Assembly (NCBI GenBank): GCA_902579585.1
Contig: CACHHJ010000001.1
Location: forward strand, 7,175 to 71,174
Length of the DNA stretch: 64,000 nucleotides
Direction of reading: 5' to 3'
Origin: an uncultured Pelagibacteraceae bacterium
GTDB taxonomy: Bacteria > Pseudomonadota > Alphaproteobacteria > Pelagibacterales > Pelagibacteraceae
In this document: positions 11,713-20,346 of the stretch, one piece after another
Numbering within the stretch: the stretch's first letter is position 1
How the letters are laid out: every line of letters begins with the position of its first letter
Program-made: the position numbers and the translations under genes
The notes under the pieces: model-generated
The model's database searches: none
What the model was told of the DNA's origin: nothing
What the model saw: only the letters and a program-made list of their open reading frames with translations

Positions 11713-12741
11713 TTAATTTCCAATAATGTTTGAAATTTGTCTAAGCATACTTTCTTTAGTAGGTAATTTATTGTTTCTGATGTCTTCTTGAACCTTTTTA
11801 TAGTTTTTAATTATATCATTAACCGTTTTTTCAAACGAACTTAAATCTCTTTTACATACAAAAATACCTTTTTTATTATTTACAACATAAGAAATTTCCT
11901 CAAAAACTATAACAGGTCTCTCTCTAGATAAAGACTCGTCGACAACATAAGGATAGCCCTCAGTATAAGAGGGTAGCACAGTTATATTATGATTATCATA
12001 AACATTTTTTAATGAATTTGGATCAGAAATATACCCTAGCATTTTAACATTATTTTCTTTTATTTTATAATTTTTAGGGTTACCTACAATTGAAAGCTCC
12101 GAGTCTAAATTGGTTTTTTTAAATATTTCTAAAAAATTAAAAATACCTTTTTCTGCGCTAAGTCTTCCTACATATAAAAATTTTACTTTATCAAGTTCGG
12201 GTTCTTTTTTATTTGCAAACCAATTATTATCTAGCCGCGAAATTGAGATTAAATGAGATTCCTTTTTCACAAGTCTTTTATTACAAACTATAATTTTATC
12301 TGCTTTAGTACACACTATAAACATTAAATGAAAAATCCACACAGACCAGCTTCCTAGTATATACTTCCACTCTTCATGCCCATCACTCCAAAGATACAAA
12401 ATTGTTTTTTTTCTAAACAAAAAAAGTATCAACATTGTTAAAAATGTATAAGGCGTTATAGAAATTATTAAAAATTTTGGATTTTTTTTAAATGTTTTTA
12501 AGACATTACTTATAAAACTAATTATGTTTGATGAAATTTTGATATTTTTTAAATTTAATTTTTGACCACCTCTTTTTTTAGATTTTCTTACAATATATTC
12601 TACATCGTAATAATGGCTTAAGCCTTCTGGTAAAACTTTTAAATCTAAATTATCGCAAAAAATCGATTCACCATCTTTAAGCATTTTCTCATTATTAATT
12701 ATAACCAGATTTTTTTTCTTCATTTTTGATTTAATGTCCAA
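11713..12741 (-). CDS. Glycosyltransferase family 4 (GT-B)
   Basis: FLYVGRLSAEKG and VLPSYTEGYPYVVDESL (EX7E); start may be the ATG at 12723. Confidence 0.9.
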   Translation of the reverse strand: MDIKSKMKKKNLVIINNEKMLKDGESIFCDNLDLKVLPEGLSHYYDVEYIVRKSKKRGGQKLNLKNIKISSNIISFISNVLKTFKKNPKFLIISITPYTFLTMLILFLFRKKTILYLWSDGHEEWKYILGSWSVWIFHLMFIVCTKADKIIVCNKRLVKKESHLISISRLDNNWFANKKEPELDKVKFLYVGRLSAEKGIFNFLEIFKKTNLDSELSIVGNPKNYKIKENNVKMLGYISDPNSLKNVYDNHNITVLPSYTEGYPYVVDESLSRERPVIVFEEISYVVNNKKGIFVCKRDLSSFEKTVNDIIKNYKKVQEDIRNNKLPTKESMLRQISNIIGN

Positions 12742-12847
12742 AGTTTATATCTTAAATATAAGGGATAGAACAATATTTAGATGGTGCAATTATTTGATAT
12801 TTATAAAAAATTTATATAAAACTGGTTTTTTTCTTTATTTAAAATAT

Positions 12848-12937
12848 GGAGAGATGGCTGAGTGGTTGAAAGCGCACGCTTGGAAAGTGTGTAAACGGGA
12901 AACCGTTTCGTGGGTTCGAATCCCACTCTCTCCGCCA
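12848..12937 (+). tRNA. tRNA-Ser (GGA)
   Basis: GGAGAGA acceptor stem, anticodon arm CACGC-TT-GGA-AA-GTGTG, long variable arm AAACGG-GAAA-CCGTTT, GTTCGAATC T-loop, encoded CCA; 90 nt. Confidence 0.97.
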
Positions 12938-12953
12938 TTTTCTAAAAAATTAT

Positions 12954-13871
12954 TTACTTTGTGATCACTAGACGGTTGATTGGCATTGAGAAACGTCCTT
13001 GCCTTTCAAGATCTCTACTTTGTTTTGATATCGTGAGAAGATCAGATAACTTTGAAAGCATTACCTCACGAGTCTCTGGTGACAGAATAAACGAAGCATA
13101 AAAAAACCCCGCAGTAGTTTCAGCCACTTCAGCAACAGGTCCTTCCATGGATACCATGCTAGTTTCGATGCTAATATTAGAATCTGTAAAAGTCTGACTT
13201 AAAAGATTTTTTAAGCTATCTGTACTACGTATTCTTGGATCACCTAAATCAATCTCACCATATCTGGGTAGCTTAGCTTGTACATATTTATAGATTAAAT
13301 TGTATACATCACTATATCCAGGAGCTGCATTCATAGGTCCGTTGACCAATGCCGCAAACCTTCCACCTGCTGATAGTACACGACGGATTTCGTTTAACAC
13401 TGGAGTAATTGGGTTCATTAATGTCAAAGCCCAATGGCACAATACAACGTCTATTGAGTTATCATTAATAGCCGTCAAATTTTGTGCTTTTAACTCAAAC
13501 AGATCAACCGAGCCTTTTGGTAGACGCGCCTTAGCCAGTTCTAATTCTTCAGGACTTATATCTGCTCCTTTTAATTTAAAGTTTTTATTAAGGTCGTATA
13601 AGATTTTTAGTAATGGTCCTGATCCACAAGCAAGATCCAGCACACGTGTACCATCAACATCAGGCACTATTTCAGCTAACCATTCATAACTATTGCGTCC
13701 AGCTTTATCGCGGCATGAACTTGCACACTTTTCTGTGAAACCTGCATTATTTTGATGCACAGTTTTTAGATGGGCGAGTAGCGCTTTATTATCTGGCTGT
13801 TGATTGTTAGCAATACTTTCAGTCCAGATCGAGTTAAGGCCGGTCCGAGCATTTACATTTTTATTTGTCAT
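12954..13871 (-). CDS. Class I SAM-dependent methyltransferase, substrate unknown
   Basis: [10 protein letters not shown] motif [29 protein letters not shown]; overlaps the end of the upstream dioxygenase. Confidence 0.9.
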   Translation of the reverse strand: MTNKNVNARTGLNSIWTESIANNQQPDNKALLAHLKTVHQNNAGFTEKCASSCRDKAGRNSYEWLAEIVPDVDGTRVLDLACGSGPLLKILYDLNKNFKLKGADISPEELELAKARLPKGSVDLFELKAQNLTAINDNSIDVVLCHWALTLMNPITPVLNEIRRVLSAGGRFAALVNGPMNAAPGYSDVYNLIYKYVQAKLPRYGEIDLGDPRIRSTDSLKNLLSQTFTDSNISIETSMVSMEGPVAEVAETTAGFFYASFILSPETREVMLSKLSDLLTISKQSRDLERQGRFSMPINRLVITK

Positions 13872-14856
13872 CAATAGGCCAACAAATTGGATTCAGTGGA
13901 CTAGCAGCAACTTCGCCAGGTTTTATGTTTGGCATAAATTTTTGCCAGTCTCCAGAAACCATTGTGGGTGCGTTTACCACCCGTGCTCCATCTCTAAAAT
14001 AAGTATTGGCTAAAGCTACTCGGCTACGATTAGTTCGATTCCGTGATGCAGTATGAAAATTTAAATTGTGATGAAAGCTAACTTCGCCTAGCTCAAATGG
14101 GGTTTCATTCACTGTGACGCTATTTTTTTTAAAAACTTCAGACACTCCACGGTCATAGCCAGTACCAGTTTTTTCAAATGTAACAGCATTAACCAACTTA
14201 TGTACATCTAACGGATAGGCGAAAGAGAGCGGACCCATCTCAATTGGTGTTGGTTGTGCTGGAACCCAAGCAGTGACCACATCGTTGGTATCTAATGGAA
14301 AATGATGGTCGTCATAATGCCATGGCGTTCTACCACAACCAGCTTGTTTTGCTAAAACATTATCATGGTAGAGTCTAACTGCCGGGACCCCTAGAAGATC
14401 AGCTGAAATTTGTCCAAGTCGAGGTGATAATACATATGAACGTATAAGTTTGTTTTTAGGCCATATCATCTCAAGACTAAGGAAACGGTCATATGCCTCT
14501 TTATCAGGATCAACATTAAATTCTTTTTTTAACAGTTTAATTAATTCACCCCTTAGTTTAAGCACGACTCCAGGAGAAAAAACTTTTTTTAACTTAATAA
14601 AACCATTCTTTCTGAAGAAATCGATTTGGTCATTTTTCAAAGGGTAAGTCTCAGTCAATTCGGAGATAACTTCATCATCACTAGGAATTGTAACATTTGG
14701 CAAAGGTTCAACAGAAATTATCGGATCTTTTTTAATATTATTATCTGCAAGACCAACATACCAGTCCCACCAGGCCTGGTTGTCTTTATCCCAGGGTTTA
14801 CTAATATCGGTGATATCAGACTCACTAGAACTTCGTTTACCTCGAAACATTTTCAT
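13861..14856 (-). CDS. Phytanoyl-CoA dioxygenase (PhyH)-family Fe(II)/2-oxoglutarate dioxygenase
   Basis: QIDFFRKNGFI, TPWHYD (HxD), VTAWVP, GEVSFHH..FHTA, NRTNRSRVAL. Confidence 0.9.
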   Translation of the reverse strand: MKMFRGKRSSSESDITDISKPWDKDNQAWWDWYVGLADNNIKKDPIISVEPLPNVTIPSDDEVISELTETYPLKNDQIDFFRKNGFIKLKKVFSPGVVLKLRGELIKLLKKEFNVDPDKEAYDRFLSLEMIWPKNKLIRSYVLSPRLGQISADLLGVPAVRLYHDNVLAKQAGCGRTPWHYDDHHFPLDTNDVVTAWVPAQPTPIEMGPLSFAYPLDVHKLVNAVTFEKTGTGYDRGVSEVFKKNSVTVNETPFELGEVSFHHNLNFHTASRNRTNRSRVALANTYFRDGARVVNAPTMVSGDWQKFMPNIKPGEVAASPLNPICWPIDDK

Positions 14857-14863
14857 ATAAAAA

Positions 14864-14869
14864 ATTATA
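14864..14869 (-). promoter_or_regulatory. -10 box for a probably leaderless phyH-like transcript
   Basis: TATAAT on the minus strand, 7 nt before the ATG at 14856; no SD sequence. Confidence 0.45.
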
Positions 14870-14966
14870 CAGTTTTTTTTACAATTAGTAAGTGCGCGTT
14901 TTTAAACATCAAATAAAGACTTTATGTGGATAAAGCATTTAAAAAAAAGATAAAAAGTTTAGTAAA

Positions 14967-14993
14967 TGCTATAATTAGTTGATTCGAAAGGAG
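14967..14993 (+). promoter_or_regulatory. Extended -10 promoter plus SD for the 18-aa micro-ORF
   Basis: TGcTATAAT at 14967-14975; AAAGGAG at 14987-14993. Confidence 0.55.
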
Positions 14994-14997
14994 CTGT

Positions 14998-15054
14998 ATG
15001 AGTGGACTAGAAATATTAGTAGTAGCAGTTGTAATTTACTACTTAGCTACTTAA
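14998..15054 (+). CDS. Putative 18-aa hydrophobic microprotein MSGLEILVVAVVIYYLAT
   Basis: Own extended -10 and AGGAG SD; one hydrophobic helix; below the ORF-track length cutoff. Confidence 0.55.
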   Translation: MSGLEILVVAVVIYYLAT

Positions 15055-15073
15055 CTATCTAAAAGTTTAATTT

Positions 15074-15142
15074 TTAAAATATGTATTTATCGCCAAGATA
15101 AAATACAAATCCTACTGCTAACCCTAATAATATCCAATGCAT
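15074..15142 (-). CDS. Putative 22-aa single-TM microprotein MHWILLGLAVGFVFYLGDKYIF
   Basis: ATG immediately follows the TAG of the NlpC/P60 gene; AAGGA SD 5 nt upstream; hydrophobic core with a charged tail. Confidence 0.6.
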   Translation of the reverse strand: MHWILLGLAVGFVFYLGDKYIF

Positions 15143-15886
15143 CTAAATCCTTCTTATACTAGTAACTTTTAATTTAGCAGTTCTTTCGATTCTTTCTATA
15201 GCTTTTTTCGTATCCATAATAACGACTTTTTTCATTGGCCCGTAAGCATGAATAATTTTTTTATTAGATAAAGCTACAGCCACGTGTCCTTTCCAAAAAA
15301 TTATGTCATTTTTTCTTAAATTTTTTAACTTTATTTTTTTAGTCAAGTATTTTTCTTGATCCCGTGAGTCTCTTGGAAAAAATTTATTGTTATAATTCAA
15401 AAAAACCTGAACTAATGCTGAACAGTCAATTCCTTTAAAACTTTTTCCGCCCCAGAGATATTTAGTATTCTTAAATAATTTAATATTTTTAAAAATATTT
15501 TTATTTTTATGAGATACTTTTTTTAAATCTGATAATTTAATCCAATAATTCTCAAATTTTCCAAACTTACCTTTTTTTTCAGTAACGTTTAATCGCGAGT
15601 TGAAAGACAAGTATTTGCTAATTTTATTTTTAATACTAGGCTTACTGTATAGATTTGCTTTTAAAATAAATACTTTAAAATTTGCTTTAATTGGTGCAGG
15701 AAATTTTTTGCTTTTTATAAAACCTTTATATCCATCTTTTATATTTGTAATTTTTTTCCAATTTTTATTTTTTTTTATTATCCTAAAATTATCCCCATAA
15801 AGAAGTTGGGTATCTATTTTAGATTTTAAGTTACTCTTATTATAAATATTTAAAACTGGAGAATTATTTCCAAAATTATTTTTCAC
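15143..15886 (-). CDS. NlpC/P60 (C40) peptidoglycan peptidase with SH3-like N-terminus
   Basis: TQLLYG, YLWGGKSFKGIDCSALVQ, FWKGHVA, IIHA. Confidence 0.93.
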   Translation of the reverse strand: MKNNFGNNSPVLNIYNKSNLKSKIDTQLLYGDNFRIIKKNKNWKKITNIKDGYKGFIKSKKFPAPIKANFKVFILKANLYSKPSIKNKISKYLSFNSRLNVTEKKGKFGKFENYWIKLSDLKKVSHKNKNIFKNIKLFKNTKYLWGGKSFKGIDCSALVQVFLNYNNKFFPRDSRDQEKYLTKKIKLKNLRKNDIIFWKGHVAVALSNKKIIHAYGPMKKVVIMDTKKAIERIERTAKLKVTSIRRI

Positions 15887-17252
15887 TTAATTTTATGTCT
15901 TTTCTAATTATATAAAGAAAAATTAATGATGGTATTACCATTACCGCAGTGATTACAAAGAAAATACCCCAATCACCATTTAACCAATCTACCATTGCAC
16001 CAGATGACGCTGCTAATGTAGTTCGTCCAGCGGTACCAATAGATGCTAGTAGTGCATATTGTGTTGCCGTGTAGGTTCTATCAACCAGCATAGAAATAAA
16101 CGCAACAAAAGCTACTGTAGCAAAAGCAGCAGCCATATCATCAAAGATAACAGCTACAGCAAACAACCATTCTGATTTTCCCGACCAAGCAAGCAAAGAA
16201 AATAAAAGGTTTGTAGACGCCATAAGTATTCCCGAAACAAACATAGCTTTGATCACACCTGATCTTATTGCAAATAGTCCGCCCAGTAATGTAAAAACAA
16301 CAGTGGTGATCCAACCTAACCCTTTAGAATAAATTGCTATATCAGATTTAGTAAAGCCTATTTCTTTATAAAATACTATGGACATTCGACCAAGAAAAGC
16401 CTCGCCTATCTTAAACAAAAATACAAAACCTAAAATTCCTAACGCAATCTTCAACCCATTTTTGTTAAAGAAACTTATAATCGGCCCAGCGATTGTTCCA
16501 CTGATCCAGGCAGCTGAAATTGTAAAAAAATTTGATGATCCAAGCTTTTTCTCTATCATCTTATCAGTTTCTTTCTGAGAAGCTTGTCTATCTGAGCTTT
16601 GTGCTTCATGCACAAACATTAAGCCAATATTACAAGCTATGATTACAATCCCGAGTATTAAAAAAGTAATTTGCCAATAATTTTCAAATCCCAATTTTTC
16701 AAAATAATCTGCAGTATTAAGTGAAATCACACCACCAAGTTTATATCCTGTCCACCATCCAACAACAGCCATTGCTGCACCTGCTTGCATTGATTTTCCT
16801 TCATGTTTACCAATCTGTTCAATTCTTAATGCATCGACAGTGATATCTTGTGTGGCTGAAGCAATTGCAATAATCAAACCAACTGTAATAACCAAAGCAA
16901 GATTGGCATTTGGATCCACAAAATTCCAAAAAACCAAACTAAATAAAATTATCATTTGCATTAAAATTATCCAACCTCGACGATGACCAACTTTATTTGT
17001 TAACCAAGGGATACGTATCCTATCAATTAAAGGAGCCCATAAATAATTAAAAGCATAAACTGCAAAAATTAATCCTGCCCAACCAATAGTACTTCTACTT
17101 AGACCTTCCTCTTTTAACCAAAGGCTTAAACTACTTCCAATGATGACCCACGGGAAACCACTTATTGCACCCAAAAGAAGAATACGAATCATTCTTTTGT
17201 CTAAATAAACTTTAAAAGATTCTGCAAATGATTGTTTTTGATAAATATCCAT
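15876..17252 (-). CDS. ampG: AmpG-family muropeptide MFS permease
   Basis: LLGAISGFP, YLWAPLID, GHRRGW, SATQDITVDALRIE, TATQYALL. Confidence 0.93.
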   Translation of the reverse strand: MDIYQKQSFAESFKVYLDKRMIRILLLGAISGFPWVIIGSSLSLWLKEEGLSRSTIGWAGLIFAVYAFNYLWAPLIDRIRIPWLTNKVGHRRGWIILMQMIILFSLVFWNFVDPNANLALVITVGLIIAIASATQDITVDALRIEQIGKHEGKSMQAGAAMAVVGWWTGYKLGGVISLNTADYFEKLGFENYWQITFLILGIVIIACNIGLMFVHEAQSSDRQASQKETDKMIEKKLGSSNFFTISAAWISGTIAGPIISFFNKNGLKIALGILGFVFLFKIGEAFLGRMSIVFYKEIGFTKSDIAIYSKGLGWITTVVFTLLGGLFAIRSGVIKAMFVSGILMASTNLLFSLLAWSGKSEWLFAVAVIFDDMAAAFATVAFVAFISMLVDRTYTATQYALLASIGTAGRTTLAASSGAMVDWLNGDWGIFFVITAVMVIPSLIFLYIIRKDIKLSEK

Positions 17253-17273
17253 TTCAGATAAGTATAGATTAAT

Positions 17274-18719
17274 TTACGTTCGCCAGAAAGATGGTAAAAA
17301 CAACACTAGAACAGCAAAAATTTCCAATCTACCAAGCAGCATCGCGAAGGATAATATCCATTTAGATATATCAGAGACTTGACTGAAATTACCATTTGGT
17401 CCTATCATTTCGCCCAAGCCAGGCCCAACATTTGATATTGATGTAGCAGCACCAGAGATAGCAGACAAAAAATCAAGACCGGAAATTGATAAAAGTATTG
17501 AAATTATCAAGAATAATAATAAGTAAGAAAAAATAAAAATTATGACAGAATTAATAAAAGCATCTTCTACTTTTTGATTATTATAATTTAGTATAAAAAT
17601 ACTGTTCGGATATATTAATTTTTTTATATGGTTTCCCACAAACCTAAAAAGTATTTGCAATCTAAAAATTTTTATACCACAAGTTGTTGAGCCCGCACAG
17701 CCTCCAATAAACATTAAAAATAAAAAAAATATTAAAGGGAATTCACCCCACAAACCAAAATCATCGGTTACATAACCTGTTCCAGACAGTATTGACAAAA
17801 CATTAAAAGATGAGATTCTTAAATTATCTAAAAAAGTAAATTCATTATTATTAAAAAATAAGTATAAAAACATAACTGCTATTGAAACAATAACCAAATA
17901 TATAAAACCTCTGATTTGCACATCAGTGAAAAATATTTTTCTATTACCTTTTATAAATTTCAAATAAGCGATGAAAGGAAGACTTCCTAAAATAATAAAA
18001 ATTATAGATGTAAATTCGATACCAGGACTTTTGAAGTAACCAATAGACTCATTATGAGTTGAGAATCCTCCAGTAGCAAGTGTTGTTAAAGCATGGGCTA
18101 TACTATCGAAAACAGACATTCCTTGTAACCAGTATATTATTGTACAGCTAATGGTCAGCGTTGTATAAATTAAAATAATTACTGAAGCAACCTCAATAGT
18201 CTTTGGTAAAAGTTTTTCTGCTTCTGAAGAATCTGTTTTGAAAACTTGCATGCCACCAACTTTCAAAAGGGGCAGTACAGTTGTTGCCATAACAATTATA
18301 CCTACTCCACCAAGCCATTGCATTATTGCTCTCCACATTAAAATACTTTTTGGAGTCTCCTCTAAGTTAGATATCACTGTGGATCCTGTTGTTGTGATAC
18401 CAGACATACTTTCGAAAAAAGCTTCACTAAAATTTAGATCTAAGTTTGAGAGAAAAAAAGGAATACTTCCAAAAAAAGCGATACTAATCCAAGACATAGT
18501 TGAAAATAAAAAGGCTTGCTGAAGGTTTAATTGATTATCTCGTTTCAAAGTAGCAAGAATCGTAAGTATCCCAATAAAGATTGTAATAATTGACGATGAA
18601 AAAAAGCTGTTACTATTCTCCTTGTATAGGATTTGTATTCCATAGGGTATCAACATAAAAACACCCAGAATTAATAACAAAATTCCTACAACGAAAAAAA
18701 CTGTTTTATTCGTTATCAT
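17274..18719 (-). CDS. trkH: TrkH potassium uptake membrane protein
   Basis: FFESMSGITTTGST, WLGGVGII, ATGGFS, GGCAGSTTCGIK, NVGPGLG, MLLGRLE; ATG at 18719 preferred. Confidence 0.96.
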   Translation of the reverse strand: MITNKTVFFVVGILLLILGVFMLIPYGIQILYKENSNSFFSSSIITIFIGILTILATLKRDNQLNLQQAFLFSTMSWISIAFFGSIPFFLSNLDLNFSEAFFESMSGITTTGSTVISNLEETPKSILMWRAIMQWLGGVGIIVMATTVLPLLKVGGMQVFKTDSSEAEKLLPKTIEVASVIILIYTTLTISCTIIYWLQGMSVFDSIAHALTTLATGGFSTHNESIGYFKSPGIEFTSIIFIILGSLPFIAYLKFIKGNRKIFFTDVQIRGFIYLVIVSIAVMFLYLFFNNNEFTFLDNLRISSFNVLSILSGTGYVTDDFGLWGEFPLIFFLFLMFIGGCAGSTTCGIKIFRLQILFRFVGNHIKKLIYPNSIFILNYNNQKVEDAFINSVIIFIFSYLLLFLIISILLSISGLDFLSAISGAATSISNVGPGLGEMIGPNGNFSQVSDISKWILSFAMLLGRLEIFAVLVLFLPSFWRT

Positions 18720-18775
18720 AAAATTTGGACAATATTTAAATAGCAATAAAATTCAACTTATTATAAACCTTAATT

Positions 18776-20341
18776 ATGCTTGAATCTGATCTAATAAACT
18801 CAACATCTTCCTGGCCATTTGTAGAAATAAGGAAACTACTTAAAGATAGAAAAGAAATTATTAAGAAAAAAAACAAAATTACTTTTCAAACGGGATATGG
18901 CCCGAGCGGATTACCACATATCGGTACGTTTGGAGAAGTCTCAAGAACCTCAATGATGATAAACGCTTTAAACCATATTAATAAAATTAATAGTGAGTTA
19001 ATAACTTTCTCTGATGATATGGATGGACTTAGAAAAGTTCCAGATAATATTCCTAATGATAAAATTTTACATGATAATATTGGAAAACCACTTACTGCAA
19101 TTCCAGATCCATTTCAAAAATATGGGAGTTTCGGTGAACATAACAATAAAATGCTAATAGAATTTTTAAAAAAATTTAATTTTAATTTTATTTTCAAAAG
19201 TTCAACAGAAAACTATAAAAAAGGTATATTTAACAATTCTCTAGAAAGGGTATTCGAAAAATTAGAGGATATTATGAATATTATATTACCTACACTTGGT
19301 AGCGAAAGACGAAAAACTTACAGTCCTTTTTTGCCCATATGTCCTGAAACCGGTAAAGTTTTGGAAATTCCAGTAATCGAAATAGATAAAAAAAATAAAA
19401 CATTAGTTTTTGATAATGCAGGAAAAAAAATAAAAACTAGTATTTTAAATGGTAAATGTAAATTACAATGGAAAGTTGATTGGGCAATGAGGTGGTTTAC
19501 ATTTGATGTAGATTTTGAAATGTATGGAAAAGACTTGATCGAAAGTGCAATTTTATCAAATAAAATTTGTAAAGCCATGGGTAAGCAACCTCCAAATGGT
19601 TTTGCATATGAACTTTTTTTAGATGAGAAAGGAGAGAAAATTTCAAAATCTAAAGGTAATGGAATTACTATTGAGCAGTGGCTTAAATATGCTTCACCAG
19701 AAAGTCTATCACTTTACATGTATCAAAATCCAAAAAGAGCTAAAAAGCTTTATCCAGATGTAGTACCAAAGGCAGTTGATGAATATTTGTCCTACATAGA
19801 AAAATTTGAAAGTCAAAAAGAAAAAGAAAAACTTTTAAATCCAGTATGGCATATTCATAGCGGTTTACCTCCAAAAGAAAAAATAATTATGCCATTTTCA
19901 ATGTTATTAAATATAGTTGGATCCAGCAATGCAAAGAAAAAAGATGTTTTATGGAAGTTCATAAAAAAATTTCATAAAGAAATAGAACCAAAAAACCATA
20001 AAATTTTAGATGAGCTTACTGATTATGCAATTAATTATTTTATAGATGAAGTCGAACCAAAAAAAAAATTTAAAAAACCTTCTGTTGAAGAAACTAAGGC
20101 CTTAAAAAACTTAATAGCATCTTTAAAAAAGGTTACCCAAGATACCCCCCCAGAAGATATACAAACAATAATTTATACTTCAGGTAAAGAGAATGGATAT
20201 AGCGATAATCTAAGGAACTGGTTTAAGTTAATTTATGAAGTTATTTTTGGTGAAGAAAATGGTCCAAGAATGGGCTTTTTCATAAGTTTTTTTGGATTAA
20301 AAGAGACAATTGATTTAATGGAAAAAAAGTTGAAAATATAA
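18776..20341 (+). CDS. lysS: Lysine--tRNA ligase, class I
   Basis: TGYGPSGLPHIGT (HIGH-like), KISKSKGN (KMSKS-like), KLQWKVDW, GPRMG. Confidence 0.97.
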   Translation: MLESDLINSTSSWPFVEIRKLLKDRKEIIKKKNKITFQTGYGPSGLPHIGTFGEVSRTSMMINALNHINKINSELITFSDDMDGLRKVPDNIPNDKILHDNIGKPLTAIPDPFQKYGSFGEHNNKMLIEFLKKFNFNFIFKSSTENYKKGIFNNSLERVFEKLEDIMNIILPTLGSERRKTYSPFLPICPETGKVLEIPVIEIDKKNKTLVFDNAGKKIKTSILNGKCKLQWKVDWAMRWFTFDVDFEMYGKDLIESAILSNKICKAMGKQPPNGFAYELFLDEKGEKISKSKGNGITIEQWLKYASPESLSLYMYQNPKRAKKLYPDVVPKAVDEYLSYIEKFESQKEKEKLLNPVWHIHSGLPPKEKIIMPFSMLLNIVGSSNAKKKDVLWKFIKKFHKEIEPKNHKILDELTDYAINYFIDEVEPKKKFKKPSVEETKALKNLIASLKKVTQDTPPEDIQTIIYTSGKENGYSDNLRNWFKLIYEVIFGEENGPRMGFFISFFGLKETIDLMEKKLKI

Positions 20342-20346
20342 ATTTG

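Noticed and set aside
12734..12964. 76-aa ORF in the track
   Set aside because: It overlaps tRNA-Ser and is a spurious translation of the tRNA.
14865..14909. 14-codon ORF (MFKNAHLLIVKKTV) upstream of the dioxygenase on the minus strand
   Set aside because: No SD, and its stop lies within the likely -10 box; expected by chance.
12938..15142. Integrative element with att sites at tRNA-Ser
   Set aside because: No duplication of the tRNA 3' end and no integrase or transposase found.
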